A stretch of 64,000 bases of DNA from Lama glama (lineage: Eukaryota): the NCBI GenBank assembly GCA_028534125.1, contig CM052817.1:100690001-100754000 (forward strand), in the 5' to 3' direction. The notes beneath the pieces were generated by a model. The model was not told where the DNA came from, did no database searches, and saw only the letters and a program-made list of their open reading frames with translations. Below are positions 42,101-55,313 of the stretch, piece after piece (position 1 is the stretch's first letter; each line of letters starts with the position of its first letter). Position numbers and translations under genes: made by a program.

Positions 42101-42527
42101 AGAAGTAGGAAATGGAAAAAAGCAATCACCATTTGCCCTGTGGCAGTCACAACGTCGCTGTCATTCCCTGGGCATGTGTGAATTTGGTTATTGGCAGTTT
42201 ATATAACCATAACTTTTACTGAACTCTGTGTACTTTTGGTACACATGTCATGTTTACGTTCCAATTTTAAATATCCTCTAAAAGACTACACTATGGTTCA
42301 GCGTTAAAACAAAAAATGATGCTTTCAAAAAAGCACAGAAAGGCAGCAGTGGGGACTAAGTTTGATACACATGAAACAAATATTTGTGGTTAGAAGAATG
42401 ACCACAATTTCAATTTTTTTTGACAAGGCAATATCCAAGTACTAATAATGCACTATATCATAGTTTATGCCAGCATTTTTCTTCCTTAGTGATAAAAAAA
42501 AATAAGAATTTGTCTTATAATTGATCA

Positions 42528-43030
42528 TGTGATGGACAAAATTCTAAGACAACCCCCAAGATTTTATAACACCTTGGTGTACACATCTTCTCAGAGTTAT
42601 TCAACAAAATAGTAATCTAAATGCTGTTGTGAAGGGATTTTACCAATGTAATTAAAATCCTAGAAAGCTGACTTTAAATTAGTGAGATTATTATAGGTAG
42701 GTCTGACCAAAAGAGATCAGTTCCTATGAGAAGGCTGTCCTTAAAGTAGCAAACAACCATGCTGTGAACTTCGCATAAAGAAGTATGGACAAGAACCTAA
42801 GAGTGGCCTCCAGGAGCCTCTAGTGGAGTGGTCCGTGACTCCCAGCCAGTGAACCACAAACGGAGCCTGGGAGAGGACAGTGAGCCTCAGCTGAGATCAC
42901 AGCTCTGGTTGACACCCTGATTTCAGTCTGGTAAGACTTGGAGGACAGGACCCAGCTAAACCATGCCCAGACTCCTGACCAACAGAAACTGTGAGATAAG
43001 CTGCTAAAGCAGCAATGGAACACTAATACA
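42528..43030 (+). mobile_element. MLT1E/F-like MaLR solo LTR
   Basis: Starts tgtgatggacaaaattctaagac; contains gactcctgaccaacagaaactgtgagata; ends gcagcaatggaacactaataca. Confidence 0.85.
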
Positions 43031-43679
43031 GACAACTTCTCAGATTTGAGGAAATATGGTTTATATTATTTCTCTAAAAGGCTGCTAATCTGCTCTATCA
43101 TCAAAACAATTTCTCATACTTCACATTATTATGAGTGATATGATTCAATTTCACAAGTCAGCAGGATGAGGTAATACTACTTTCAAAACATTACAGGTGA
43201 AAAAAACTTTATAACATCTAAGAATTTATTTCCTCCATCAACTGGACACACAAGTTAGTATATTTGCCTTTGTCTCTAAACCAATAACATACCAAAAATA
43301 AGTAAGTAAAAATCTCAGTCCTTATCCATTTCAAAAGGAATGAAAGTAAAGTTGAATCTGTGGTGAGAAAAGCTAATTTTGAGATCTAGCAAGGCCATAT
43401 AATTTGGGGCAATCATCTAGTTTCTAAGAACCTCAGGGAACTCAGCTATTAAAAAAAAAAGGACTAATAAAAATGTGAATCAAGTCTGGAACCTAAGTAA
43501 TAGAAGAAAAATATACATACATACAGCCATACACACATAAATGGATAATAACATATGCTCTGCCAACCTTGTGGAGTATACAATTAAATGCCACTGAAAA
43601 TAGCCTGCACTTCTATAGATCTTGTGTGCCAGGCACTGTTTTGTAAATAATATATGAAATAAATATATAGAAAACAACT

Positions 43680-43925
43680 GTAGTATAGAATAGTGATTAG
43701 GATCTCAGGCTATAGAACCAGACTGCCTGGATACAGTCCCAGGTCCATTACTAAGAAAAGGTGAGATCTCGAGCATGTTTAACTCCTCTATGCCAAATTT
43801 TCAACTATAAAGCAGGGGCATTAACAATATTTACCTCAGAGGGCTACAGTGAGGACTGAAAAAGTTAAGACATTCAAAAGACACAGAAGAGTGCCTGGCT
43901 TATATTAAGCACTCACATGTTGATA
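43680..43925 (+). mobile_element. MIR
   Basis: tagtgattag ... ccagactgcctgg ... ttacctcagaggg ... gtgcctggc...taagcactc. Confidence 0.85.
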
Positions 43926-44080
43926 TCAATATTGTTTCTATAATAGTATCATATTAACATTCACTTCTAAGAAAGGCAACCTGTGTATTTGCAGAGGATA
44001 CTGCTGGACTGTCCCCCTGGGGTGGCTTTTACTTTTATTTAATTGTATGAATTTGCCAGGGTGTGGTTAAAATTTTTTAC

Positions 44081-44122
44081 CTTAGTGAAATATTTATGGA
44101 TTCAAGTACTGTATCTGCTTCT
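44081..44122 (-). other. Candidate 42-nt internal micro-exon
   Basis: tttttttttctaacag|AGAAGCAGATACAGTACTTGAATCCATAAATATTTCACTAAG|gtaaaa in unique-looking sequence. Confidence 0.6.
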
Positions 44123-44697
44123 CTGTTAGAAAAAAAAAATTGAAACTTATATTGAAACATTAAAAACTGACATTCTAGGGCTTTGCTATACAAAATACAG
44201 TTTTAAGGATCACCAATTCCACATCCCCCAGATGCTTGTTAAAAATGCACAATCCCGAAAGACACAGTGCATTTGGCCAATATAGTTGAGGTTTCTTTTC
44301 CATGGGATGGATAATATTTCTAGCTTTTTTTCTTCCTTTTTCTTCCTTTTCTGTGCCTATAAGGCTCCTGGATGCTATTCAGTCTTTTTACAGCAGGTGC
44401 AACACTATTTTTCAAGATCTTTCAAGGAGAAAATAGCATTATTTAGACCACAGAAGTCTTTCAGAAATATATTTTTAAGCAAATCAGATACTAGGAGGCA
44501 ACATTCAAATCCAAATAAATGTTGCTTTAAAGCTAATGTTGCTTTATAACCCCAAAATGGTACAAGTCAAGAAGTTAACAACAAATTAACTGATGTCTAA
44601 GACTGGGTATTGCTAATTAAGGTTACAAGTTAAGGCCTTAATGCAAGTACTTGAACTTCTGAAATAAACGGTTTGGTATCATCTCATTAGTACAGCA

Positions 44698-44874
44698 CAC
44701 TGATTCTCAAAGTTTGGTCCCTCAGTCAACAGTATCACTTGTGAATGTGTAAGAATTACACTCCTGGGTCTCACCCCAGATGTACTGAATCAAATACTAG
44801 GTTTGGGGACCAGCATCTATGGTTCAACAAGCCCTCCAGGTGATCCTGATGCTTGCTAAAGTGTGGGAACTACC
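44698..44874. mobile_element. MER5A
   Basis: gattctcaaagtttggtccc ... caagccctccaggtgatcctgatgc ... aagtgtgggaactac. Confidence 0.88.
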
Positions 44875-46350
44875 AGAATAATGGTTCTGGCATAGTACAT
44901 TTACACTGAGTTTTTCATCACTAGTTTGAATGTAATTCTGCCTGGTCAAGAATGAAAATATATGAATATTGGAAATAGGACACTAAAATAATGAAACCTA
45001 ACCTTCATGCCTAGAAATAAATGCACCTATGACCAATTATAAATAATTACATGATTTACAGCTGATGTAATTCAAGGTACTGCACACTTAATTGATTATC
45101 TACTATGTACATTTGCAGGATTATTTATAAACTTTGTATAACCTTAGACTTCTTACAAAACTACATTTTTTATAAATATGCAAGCTTACAAGGTAGAAAT
45201 AAAACCTGTTTGCCTGGAGAGAGAAAAAAAGAAAAGAAAGGCAACCTGTAGTAGATAATGTGAAAGAACAGTAAGGAGCCTAAGACTTAGACTCCTAAAG
45301 TCTTGACATAATTATTCGACTCCCTGTACCCCAACCCTGAATTCTTATTTACCAGAATTCATTTCATTTAGGCATTTTTAAAATTTACTAGAACATCATT
45401 CAGCACAGTGCTCTCAGTGTTTGCATGTAGCTTTAGCACTGAATTATAATTCTGGAAGGAGCAAAGTTCAAATGTATAAAACTAGGGTTACAAATACAGT
45501 ATTTAAAACACAACCAAGAGGAAAAAGAAAATCTTCTAGGAACATTTTCAAAGACCAATATCCAGGTTTAGCTCTTCTGAAGGTAACAAAATAAAATTTA
45601 AAACTATTTAAATCTCTTAAGGAACAAACAAAAATAACAGTGCACAGATGTCTAAACTATGTTCTCACTATATTTATTATTAAATGTAAAACACCTATAA
45701 ATAAACTAATTGAGTAAGAAACAGTCCTGTAAAAAGTATGGGAAGGAAGGAGAATGGAATTTTTTCAAATGACAAACACCATCTCAGCAAACAAAAATAG
45801 TTTAAAAAATCATGTAAGAAAAACACTCTGCAGATACCCACTGACTTAACTTATATCTTAGAGACTAACAAGTGTTGCTTCCAAAATTTTCTTCTATACC
45901 TTCCCGGCATGTCAAATCATACCTTTTCAAATCTAAACAATGTAATTCTGAGGCTCATATCCTAAACAAGAATCTCTTTCAAAAGATTTAACTCTAACTA
46001 CAAAACACATTTTACACATAGAAAAAATTTATTTATAAAAAATCACCTTGCTCCATGATGTCTTAGATTTTACCTAGATAGATTTCTTTTACTGCTAAAG
46101 ATGTATCTGGGACACCTGTCCTGATGGTAGTACCAAGGGCAAGACTAAATTTAATAAAAATGCAGGTTAGTGCAAGTTAGTTAAATTACAGGTTTAAATT
46201 TCATAATTATTTTGTATAAGGACATAAACCTGGGAACTGCTTCTCCATGAACCTGTTAATCTTCTTCCTTCTAACATCTGTATAGAATGAAATCCTATTA
46301 TTTTCCCCTACTATTTCAGCACTACAATTTTCAATACATAACTCCTCCAC

Positions 46351-46556
46351 GGAAGGGGGAGGGTATAGCACAGTGATAGTGTGGGCTTAACATGCACAAG
46401 GTCTTGGATTCAATCCCCAGTAACAAATAAGTTAAGTATTTGTTCAATCCATTCAGTAATTCAATCCATTAAGTAACAAATAAACAAACAAACAAACTTA
46501 ATTTCCCCCACCCAAAAATAAATAAATAAAAACACAAATTTAAAAAAAAAAACAAA
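46351..46556 (+). mobile_element. Vic-1-type SINE with TSD
   Basis: gggggagggtatagcacagtg ... ggattcaatccccag; TSD aactcctccac (46340-46350) / aactccttcac (46557-46567). Confidence 0.85.
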
Positions 46557-46577
46557 AACTCCTTCACTGAAACTTAA

Positions 46578-46825
46578 GAGGCAGCAGCATGGTGATTAAA
46601 AGCATAACCAAAGTCAGGTGAATCTGGATTTGAATCCCACTTCTGTGAGTTCAAATTCCTAGCTACGCAATCTTAGAAAATGCTCTGAATCTGTTTCTTC
46701 TGCCATAAAACAGGCTTATTAGTACCTCTTTCATAGGATAGGAACTGCTGTGAAGAATAAATAACGTATGTAAATATCCTTAGCACAGTACCTGATGTAT
46801 AGCAAACATTCAATAAGTGGTAACA
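46578..46825 (+). mobile_element. MIR
   Basis: gaggcagcagcatggtgattaa ... ggatttgaatccc ... cttagcacagtacctg. Confidence 0.85.
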
Positions 46826-47194
46826 ATGATACTCAAAACAAATGATTGTCAACTTACTAATTTATCAAACTATCAAATCTGTATTTTTATCCTCTAGATT
46901 CACAGCCCTCTCCTAGCTAATTCTTTATAAATAATCTGAGGATAAAAAAAAATCAATCATCAACGAAAGAAAAAGAGACCTAATAGGCAACTTCGCCACC
47001 CTCCTCTCCTGCTTCAACAGCCTCAGTCATTATTCATATTTGAGAGTAAATATATACTCACTCTGCTTGGGCCCAAATGCAGAGGAGATCAGAGGCCTTA
47101 TTAACACTTGTACTTAATGATAGCTCATCCATGATGTAGACTGATACCACACATTCATCTTTCCAACAAGCTCAACATGAGAATGGACACTTAC

Positions 47195-47255
47195 GTGAAA
47201 AAGAAATCAACCAAAAGCGTCTTTCAGGAATTACCTGTTGGATCAAGTCTCATTC
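47195..47255 (-). other. Candidate cassette exon with two possible donors (21 nt to 47235, or 61 nt to 47195)
   Basis: Acceptor ccttctttttcttgactcag|GAATG; donors CAG|GTAATT and CAC|GTAAGT; not in a recognisable repeat. Confidence 0.35.
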
Positions 47256-47384
47256 CTGAGTCAAGAAAAAGAAGGTCAATTTAATGCATCACATGTGCCA
47301 AATGAATAGGCTGTTTTATGCTTTCCAGAAATGAAGAAAAAAGTTCACATGAAATCTCTATCAACTTTTGCGACTGGCTTCTAA

Positions 47385-47850
47385 TTCATTCAATAAATAT
47401 TTCTTGAACACCCATGGACAGGCACTACACTAAGCACTTGGACACAAAAGTGACAAGATCATAATTCTCCTCTTATAGAGCCTATTAGAATATCTTCCCA
47501 ATTTTTTCTTTTCTTCCTCTTCCGTTCATTTGTTAACTTAACTATAAGCCACTATGTGGCAGCAAATGTTAGGCATTTGGGGGAAGAGATATTTACTGAA
47601 AAGATAAATAAGGTAGAAACCTTGTCCTCAAAGAACTGACAGACCAGTAGCAGAGAAAAATACAAATACCTATGTTAAGTGCTATAAAAGCCACATAGAT
47701 ACCGTGGGTAGCCAGAAGAAAAAACAACTCACATTAACCAGGACAGGCTTCCTAAAGGAGATGACATTTAACTACAGTCTAAGAGATAAATGTTTCACAG
47801 ATGAAAGGAAAAAGAGTACTCCAGGCAGAGGAAACAGCAAGGTACAGACA
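47385..47850 (-). mobile_element. L2 3' fragments
   Basis: attcattcaataaatatttcttgaacacc; ccactatgtggcag; ccaggcagaggaaacagc. Confidence 0.7.
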
Positions 47851-48825
47851 CATACAGGTACCTGAAAGTATACACACAAACACACACAAAATGCATCAAA
47901 TATATACATGTTACATCAAATGGATATATAGTCAGTCTTTAGATACAAGCAAAGATAGTCATCTGAACTACAACACAGAAAATGATGTTAACTGACTACT
48001 TTTTCAATTCTCCCAAAGAACTGGAAACTAACACTATACATAAGAGAAAAGTTGGTTCATTCCAATTCCAGCCTTAGAGCCTTGGCACTTACACCTTTCC
48101 CCAAAATAAAGGGATAGTGCAAGGAGGTTTGAATGCTAGATTGAACCTGGACTAGGAAAGGCTCTCCCTTAAGCAAAGTATCAATTCAGGTAAGAATACA
48201 AAGGACAGTAGCAAAGAAATCAATTTAGAAACTCCTGAAATGGACAGGGTTCAATTTTAAACAGTAGGGGAAAAAAAAAGTTATTACTTAGTGGGTAATA
48301 AAACATGAAGGAAGAGAGGGAAATCAGACATGATGCAAGGTTTCTCCCAATTATCATTCCATTAACATTAATACTTACTTTTTCCCTTAGTGTATATTTG
48401 ACTTTATGAATATTTACATATTATGGCACTCACATTTCATAAGCCCCCTAACTCTTGATATACTTTCACATGAACAGTTTGCCATTTTAAAAAATTAAGT
48501 CAGGTGGGTGGGGTAAATAAAAAAAAATTTAAAAATTTGAAAAAATTAAAAATTAAAGATCAGTGAAATCTATCTAGAAACCCTTCCTAGCTACTGAATA
48601 AGTATAAATACTTTTACTTTTTGAGTACTTGCCCTATCATCTAAAACAAATCATGAAATCTGTTAATTTTCCTTTGTGTCTGTCTTTTAAATTGAATGTT
48701 AAAGGAGGCTTATCCATGTCTATGACTTACTTTATCAATAATCAGTATTTATACAGAATCTAACTGGCAAAGTACCTTATACTACAAAGGAAGTAATCAA
48801 ATGAGAAAGAGAGCCTAATGGTGGA

Positions 48826-48986
48826 GCAAGGTTTCTCAACCAGATGACACTTCATAGTGGGGCGCTGTCCTGTGCGAGGTTTACACCTGGTCTCTACCCA
48901 CTAGATACCAGCAGCACCCTCACACATACCTCTCCCCTGGCTGTGACCATCAAAAACATCTCTGAATGTTTCCAAATGTTCCCTGG
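48826..48986. mobile_element. MER20
   Basis: caaggtttctcaacc ... ctctacccactagataccagcagcaccc ... gtgaccatcaaaaacatctc. Confidence 0.85.
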
Positions 48987-48989
48987 AGC

Positions 48990-49210
48990 CAGTGCTGTGT
49001 GCCAGGCAATGTTCTGTGCTTCTCATTTATTATCTCATTTAATCTAACAATACAGTATCCATGAGATAGTTATTATTTTCCCCATCTTAACAAATAAAGA
49101 AACTGAGGCCAAACGAGTTAAACAACTTGCCAAAAGTCACATAACCAACAAGTGTGGCAGCCTGTACTGAACCCACACAATGGGGCTTCAGTCCCTGCTC
49201 TAATCACTGT
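48990..49210 (-). mobile_element. MIR
   Basis: gtgccaggca ... gaaactgaggcc ... aacttgccaaaagtcaca. Confidence 0.85.
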
Positions 49211-50129
49211 TCTGTTGTCTCTTATTAATGCCTCAGCCTTTTTCATCTGATACTTGAAAAGTAATATTTTGAATCTTATCTGGAAGTAAAAACTAAAATT
49301 ATCCACATAAGAGGAAGTTAAATTAAAAGACTCCCAACCTCAATTCAGGATAAATTAACAAGTATTTTTAAACACTGACTGTATGTATGCCCAGTACCAA
49401 CTTTAGGAACTAGAGTGGTTCAAAGAAAAAACTACATTTATTAAGGATTTGACTCAGGACTTTTTCCACACATTATCTTTCTGAAATCTCAGAACATCCT
49501 TGTGAGGTAGGTATTACCTTTTTTTTCAAGTGAGGAAGCTAAAGCTCAGAATAGAAGGTAATCCCTGACCTAAGAAGGCTTACAATTTAATTGAAGAGAC
49601 AAGAAAAATATATATTTTTTAAAGACAGAGAATAAGTAAGTTAAATATCTCAGTTAACAACACACAGAGGGTGAGAAATACAACACAGCAGAAAGAAAGA
49701 ATACAGTTAGATTAGAGAGGGAATACTTCTTAAAAGAAGTTGCTACTATTGCCTCTTAGGAAAGGAAACAAATGAGTAAAAGTGATAAGCTGGGGAGGAG
49801 CAACACATCTGAAAACAACATGAAACAGAAGCATGGGGACTGAAAGGAAAGTTTTGTGATAGCCAACGTAAGCAGTAAGTCCAGGAAATAATGAGGAGTA
49901 ATACGTGCCTTAAAATTAAGATGGAGCAGTGGCTGGAGACCATGAGACTAGCTCTGTGTCTTTAAGGCACTCCTGCCACAAACACTGTCAAGCATAACTA
50001 CAGGAACCAACACAAAAGATCTAAAGGTGAAAGCTGACAAGGCTGGTTAATGGAGGCTTAGACATATGGAGTCAAATACCAAATTTCATAAGATAAGCAG
50101 TGGGTCATCTACTTGGCTTTAGGTATTTT

Positions 50130-50570
50130 GTCTCCCCCAGCCAGAATGTTAAGTTTTAAGAGGGCAGGGATTTTTATGTTCTGTTCACTTAGATCAATGC
50201 CTGGCACAGTAGGTGTTCAGTTGTTGCTGAGTAAAGGTAGTTTTCAAAACAGTTAACATATTCAGAAACAAAGGTACAAATGTGTTCAACATTTAAAAAA
50301 TTAAAAAACCAGCAACCACACAGAAATAACAATAGTATTGTACTATTTATTATTATTGCAACAACTAACATTTATTGAGCACTAACTCTGAGCCAGACAC
50401 TGTGATCCATTATCTCAATCCTCTTAACTACCCTATAAGAGAGGTAGGTACTATTATTATCATCCCAGTTTTACAGGTTCACACACAGAATAAATAACTT
50501 GCCCAAGGTCGCAAAGCAGCACAGCTGGAAACTGGGTCTATCAACTCCAAGCCTTGCCTCTCAACTACTA
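50130..50570. mobile_element. L2 3' tail (about 50130-50230) and MIR (about 50365-50570, minus)
   Basis: gagggcaggga...tgcctggcacagtaggtgttca; aacatttattgagcact ... taacttgcccaaggtc. Confidence 0.8.
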
Positions 50571-52459
50571 TGTCACATACACAGAACTACAAGTATCCTT
50601 CTTAGGCAAAGTTAGGGGAAAGTGGCCAACGAGGAAAGAACACAACAAAACGAAATCAAAAGGAAACTCCAATGTAGTCAAAAACCATTGATCTGACCCC
50701 TCTCCTAGCAGGTACTGTGGAAATCTTCCCAGCCCAGGATACACTGACTATCCCATAGCAAGTACAACTTCAATAGTTTAAAGAATCCAGATGTTGAAAA
50801 CTAGGAACTAGAGCCAATCATCTAATCAACATTTCAAAGGGTGGTAGACAACAACTGGTAACACCCCAGGTGCACAACCCAAAGAAATAACAGGGTGTGA
50901 CCTCTGACTAAGGCTGACCTCAAAACTTCCTGAGCCCTTCTCCCCGTATCTGCCTCTTCCCTCCCTCCAGTGCCCTGTGTGTCTCTCCCCGCCTCTGTAC
51001 AACCCTTCTCTCCTCTCCTACTAAATGATCTTTCAAAAATTCTGAAATTTTGTGTTTCCTGCTCTAAATTCTTCATCTAGTAAGTTAGAATTTTAATATT
51101 TCTCTAAAAAAAAAGTCTACCTCTGTAATAGGTACAAAAAAGTTCCCCATTCATTACAGCAGCATCCCAAAGGTGACATTATCAAATTCACACAGCAGTC
51201 AATAAAGAGACCACCAATCATGCAAAAGAAAACGATGTCCCACATATTTATCTATATAGCCTTCTGGTATTACATACATAATAAAAAAGCTGGAAGAAAT
51301 TTAAACTGACTAGAGAACCTATGCTCTTCTTCCATCAGGCTAGTAACCCATTCATGACTGTAAAGTTCTTTTTGAAAATTTCTAAAATGAAAAGAAGCAT
51401 AACCCCAGAAGCATGACTCCAATCGCTACCAACAAAGAAAAATATTTAAAATACTGAATTTGCTTAAAAACTAGGATATTCATTAAATTAACTACTTAGA
51501 GATCCACTAATAAGCTAATCTAATTTCCACATTTACATCAAAATCTAAAGCAAACGTGTCTTAAAAGAAATTAGAGAATGAGGACAAGAGTTGGCAAGAT
51601 AAACAGTACTAAGAAACAATCTCAATCTTTTCTTTCTGCCTTTGGATTTTTTTCATACACTTATCTTAAATATACAATTCTGTTAAATAAACAGACTATG
51701 AAAGCAAAGCCAAATTGTTCTCAAAATAGAAATACTTTCCAAATACAAAAAACAATCAAGAAGCATTTATTTCTTGAATTGGCCAACAGAACACTGATGA
51801 TGTCAAGCTTGAAGGAAAGGTTATTTCTGAAAATTGATCCTGTATTTAATAAATATTAAGCATGAAAAGGGAACATCCACCACCCTCCCCTTCTCCCTCT
51901 CTCCCTCCCATCATTTTAGGAAAACGAGAAAACCAAAATTCAGTTACAACAAAATCACCTCAATAAAATTCCTTCAATCTTAATTTGAGATGTAATGACA
52001 TGAATTAAACTTACTAAACTTCTTCATGATTTTTTTAAAGCTTTTTATTCCCAAGCATTAAAGCAATTGACGTTAAAAGACTTGATAACCCAACTACATC
52101 CTGTTATTTCTATATGAACAATTTAAACCACAGTCACTTTCAGAGATAATCAATGAATTAGTCAAAAAAGTGTCCTTTCTGATCTAAGCACAGTTGAGAT
52201 CTTTGGAGATGAATTCAAATTTCAGCTCTGTTTAAACGAGTCCTTCTTTTCTGTAAATAATGGCAGTTATGCCATTTCTCTACTTTTTAAGATTTTTTTA
52301 AATAAAATGTTAATGAATCATACACTGGTTCAGACGCTTTTGAAAACATTGCAGAATTATTTCAATTTTATTTGTCAAACTCAAGGGCTGAATTTAAGTG
52401 TTGGGCAATATGAAGCCTGACTTTAGCCTTCTATGTCACACTTTAAAAGATCTTTAACT

Positions 52460-52640
52460 CAAGTTAACAGTGATGGGTCACATTACCACATGCCAGGCAC
52501 TGGACAAGCTTTGCATATACTTTATATTATCTCATTTAATCCTAACAACAGCCCTGTTAAGGACATAGTTTTCCACAGACAGCTGATGAGGCTGATAGTA
52601 AAAGGAAAAGTAGCTTGTCCCAGGCCACACAGCTAAAAAA
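52460..52640 (-). mobile_element. MIR
   Basis: tgccaggcactg ... ctcatttaatcctaacaacagccct ... cttgtcccaggccacacagcta. Confidence 0.8.
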
Positions 52641-55097
52641 AGTACTGCCTAACTAATGAATCTTCTGCCTCCATAGAATGAATGTATTTTATGAAGGAAA
52701 TGAGAAATGAACTAGCAACATGTTGCTGGCTCCAGGTATGCATAACACTTTCAACCATGAGATAGTTACAAATTATCCACTATTATTAGTGAGGCAAGTC
52801 CTTCTCAGACCTAGAGGATGTCATGCAAAGGTCTATTATTAGACCCTTAACTGATCTGAAAAGTATGCCATCCTAAAAGTCTCATAAGATATATACATTC
52901 TTCCAAAAACAAACCAGCAATTTGTCTTGACACTTCACATTCGTCCCAACATACTGATGGGTTCAGTGTCTTATCCTAAGGTGATTCGCTCAGAGGAAAG
53001 GCTAAGTGACACGAAAATATTTTACACCATATCTTTTAATATTTCCTAAATTTCACAGCAGTCATGCAGAAAGGAACATCCAGCAAGATACATGTACCCA
53101 CAGACACAAGCACAGCACATGCTGCCTCCTGCCTAAAGTCACCCGGATCTCCAGTAGCAAACCTTCAGCTGGGAACAAAAAAAAAGAAAAAAAGGGCAGA
53201 GGCAACACCACAAAGCAACAGAAGCTTCACAGTATCTGACTGATCTACCAGCTATCCCTCAGGTGATGGGGAAAAAGCAAAAGATAAGATACTCAAGCAA
53301 TAAGGTCTCTTGCGCATTTTTATTATTTTTCAAATACCTGCACTGCAGGGTAATACGACACAAACATAGGCTCTTGTATTTTCTTGTATTAGCTTACAGT
53401 TTTAGACAAATCAATTGTTACTCAAAACTTTTTAAGGGAACATTTTAGAAAAACTGTCATACATTGGTTTGTTACTCAACATTCAGATCAAGTACAGATG
53501 TTCCCTCAAATATTTCACAATTCTGAAGGTAGAATAGGAGGAAATTTTAAATATATTTCTGTGTAAAAGTGTAATTATTAGAAAATATATATCCCATAGT
53601 GTTCAGGAAAGGTCACATTGATTTAGAAAATACACTTTAAACACACTGTGAAAGGGATCATGAGAAAGTACCAATGAGGTATCATGAGAAAGCGAAAATC
53701 TACAACTACATTAAGACATAAGACAGACTGGTTTTATACTTAGTGGGAAAAAGTCTCAAAGTAGAAAGGTTTAACAGCAAGAGTTCATTATTTGGAAACA
53801 ACTTTACTCATTTGTTTGTAATGACAATTCAGTTACACTAAAAAGAAAAAAAATACACCACTCTTTTCCCTGATCCACTGAAAGTGTCACCAATATAGAA
53901 TAATTTTATTTGGAATATTTGCAGATATGAGAGGAATACCTTGTGTCTTTTAAATTGCCACCCATCCTTAAGCCTGAGAATGACAAATTACCTGAAAAGG
54001 CAAAAAATAAAAGATTTTTTTAAAAGAGCATGGAAAAGAATCCTCTCCTAATGAATAAAAAAGTAACTTTACAGTGACCTTCTTTCTAAAAGGTATACTA
54101 AAATTGTCAGATACCTTTTTTAAAGGAAGAGGAATTGAAGTATCAATTATATGTATAGAAATACTATGTAAAGTAAAAGCAGGTTTGAAACTAAAAAGTG
54201 TCACTATTGGAAGAGTAACCCTTTCCCCTGGCAGAAATAGGGGAACCCTGAGGTAAATAAGATTTATGAAACCAGGTTAAAATGCACCATCATCCAACGT
54301 AGCTATTTGTTGACACATGAAACAAATGTTTTGGTATTAGCTATGATGTAAAATTGCACATAAAACTGAATTATCCTTTCTAAACAACACATTTGAGACA
54401 GATCCACTTAAGAAATACATTAACCCATGTTACATTTATCTCTAAGAACACAGCAAAGCTTTTTAATGTACACATTCAAATAACTTAAGTGATCTGTTCA
54501 GAAATACTTGAAATTAACAAAACCAAAATGATGGAGCAATAATTCCACACACTGAATTAGTCACTACAAAAGATCAAGATTTGAAGAAACTGAAGTATAA
54601 AACCTTAGTGTTCTTACAGTTTGACAAATATTTTTACCTGATTGAAACAAACTATAAATACTTCTAATTTACATCTAAAGCAAATGTTTTACAACTTATT
54701 TGCAGAACTTTTCAAAATTATACCCAGAAGTTTCTTCAAAGATACTCCAAAGATACTTTTGGCCATGATGCACAGCTATTATATCACTAAACAGTATCTT
54801 ACATGGTATGGTATCTTTGAATAAGAAATCCAAGCAGTCCCTGCTTTTTGGCTGCATCCCTTCATAGACGGCATTGCCCCTGCTCTTCAGTCCATAGTTT
54901 TCATCACTATGGAGGCAAAAGTAACTTGTTTAACAGTAGACTCTATGCTTTATGCAAAATCATTTTAAGACATCTCAGGAACACATCCCAAGGAACACAT
55001 CTCGTTTAGAAAATAGAGACCACCTAAAATAGGCAGTCTCAGCTTTGTAGTAGTGAAGCTCAGACTGCATGTAGCTGGACTTGGCAGTTGTGTACAA

Positions 55098-55313
55098 CAG
55101 GGGTCCATAAACTACAAGCCAAACCCAACCTGCCTCCTGTTTTTATGTATAAGGTTTTATTAGAACACAGTCATTCATTCATTTACATATTGTCTGTAGC
55201 TGCATTCGCACTACTAGAGCAGAACTGAATCACTGTGACAGAAACCATATGGTCTACAAAATCTAAAATATTTACTAACTGGCCCTTCACCAAAAAGAAG
55301 TTTGCCAACCCCT
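55098..55313 (+). mobile_element. MER58A hAT MITE
   Basis: caggggtc ... gttttattagaacacag ... aaatatttactaactggccctt ... aagtttgccaacccct. Confidence 0.9.
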
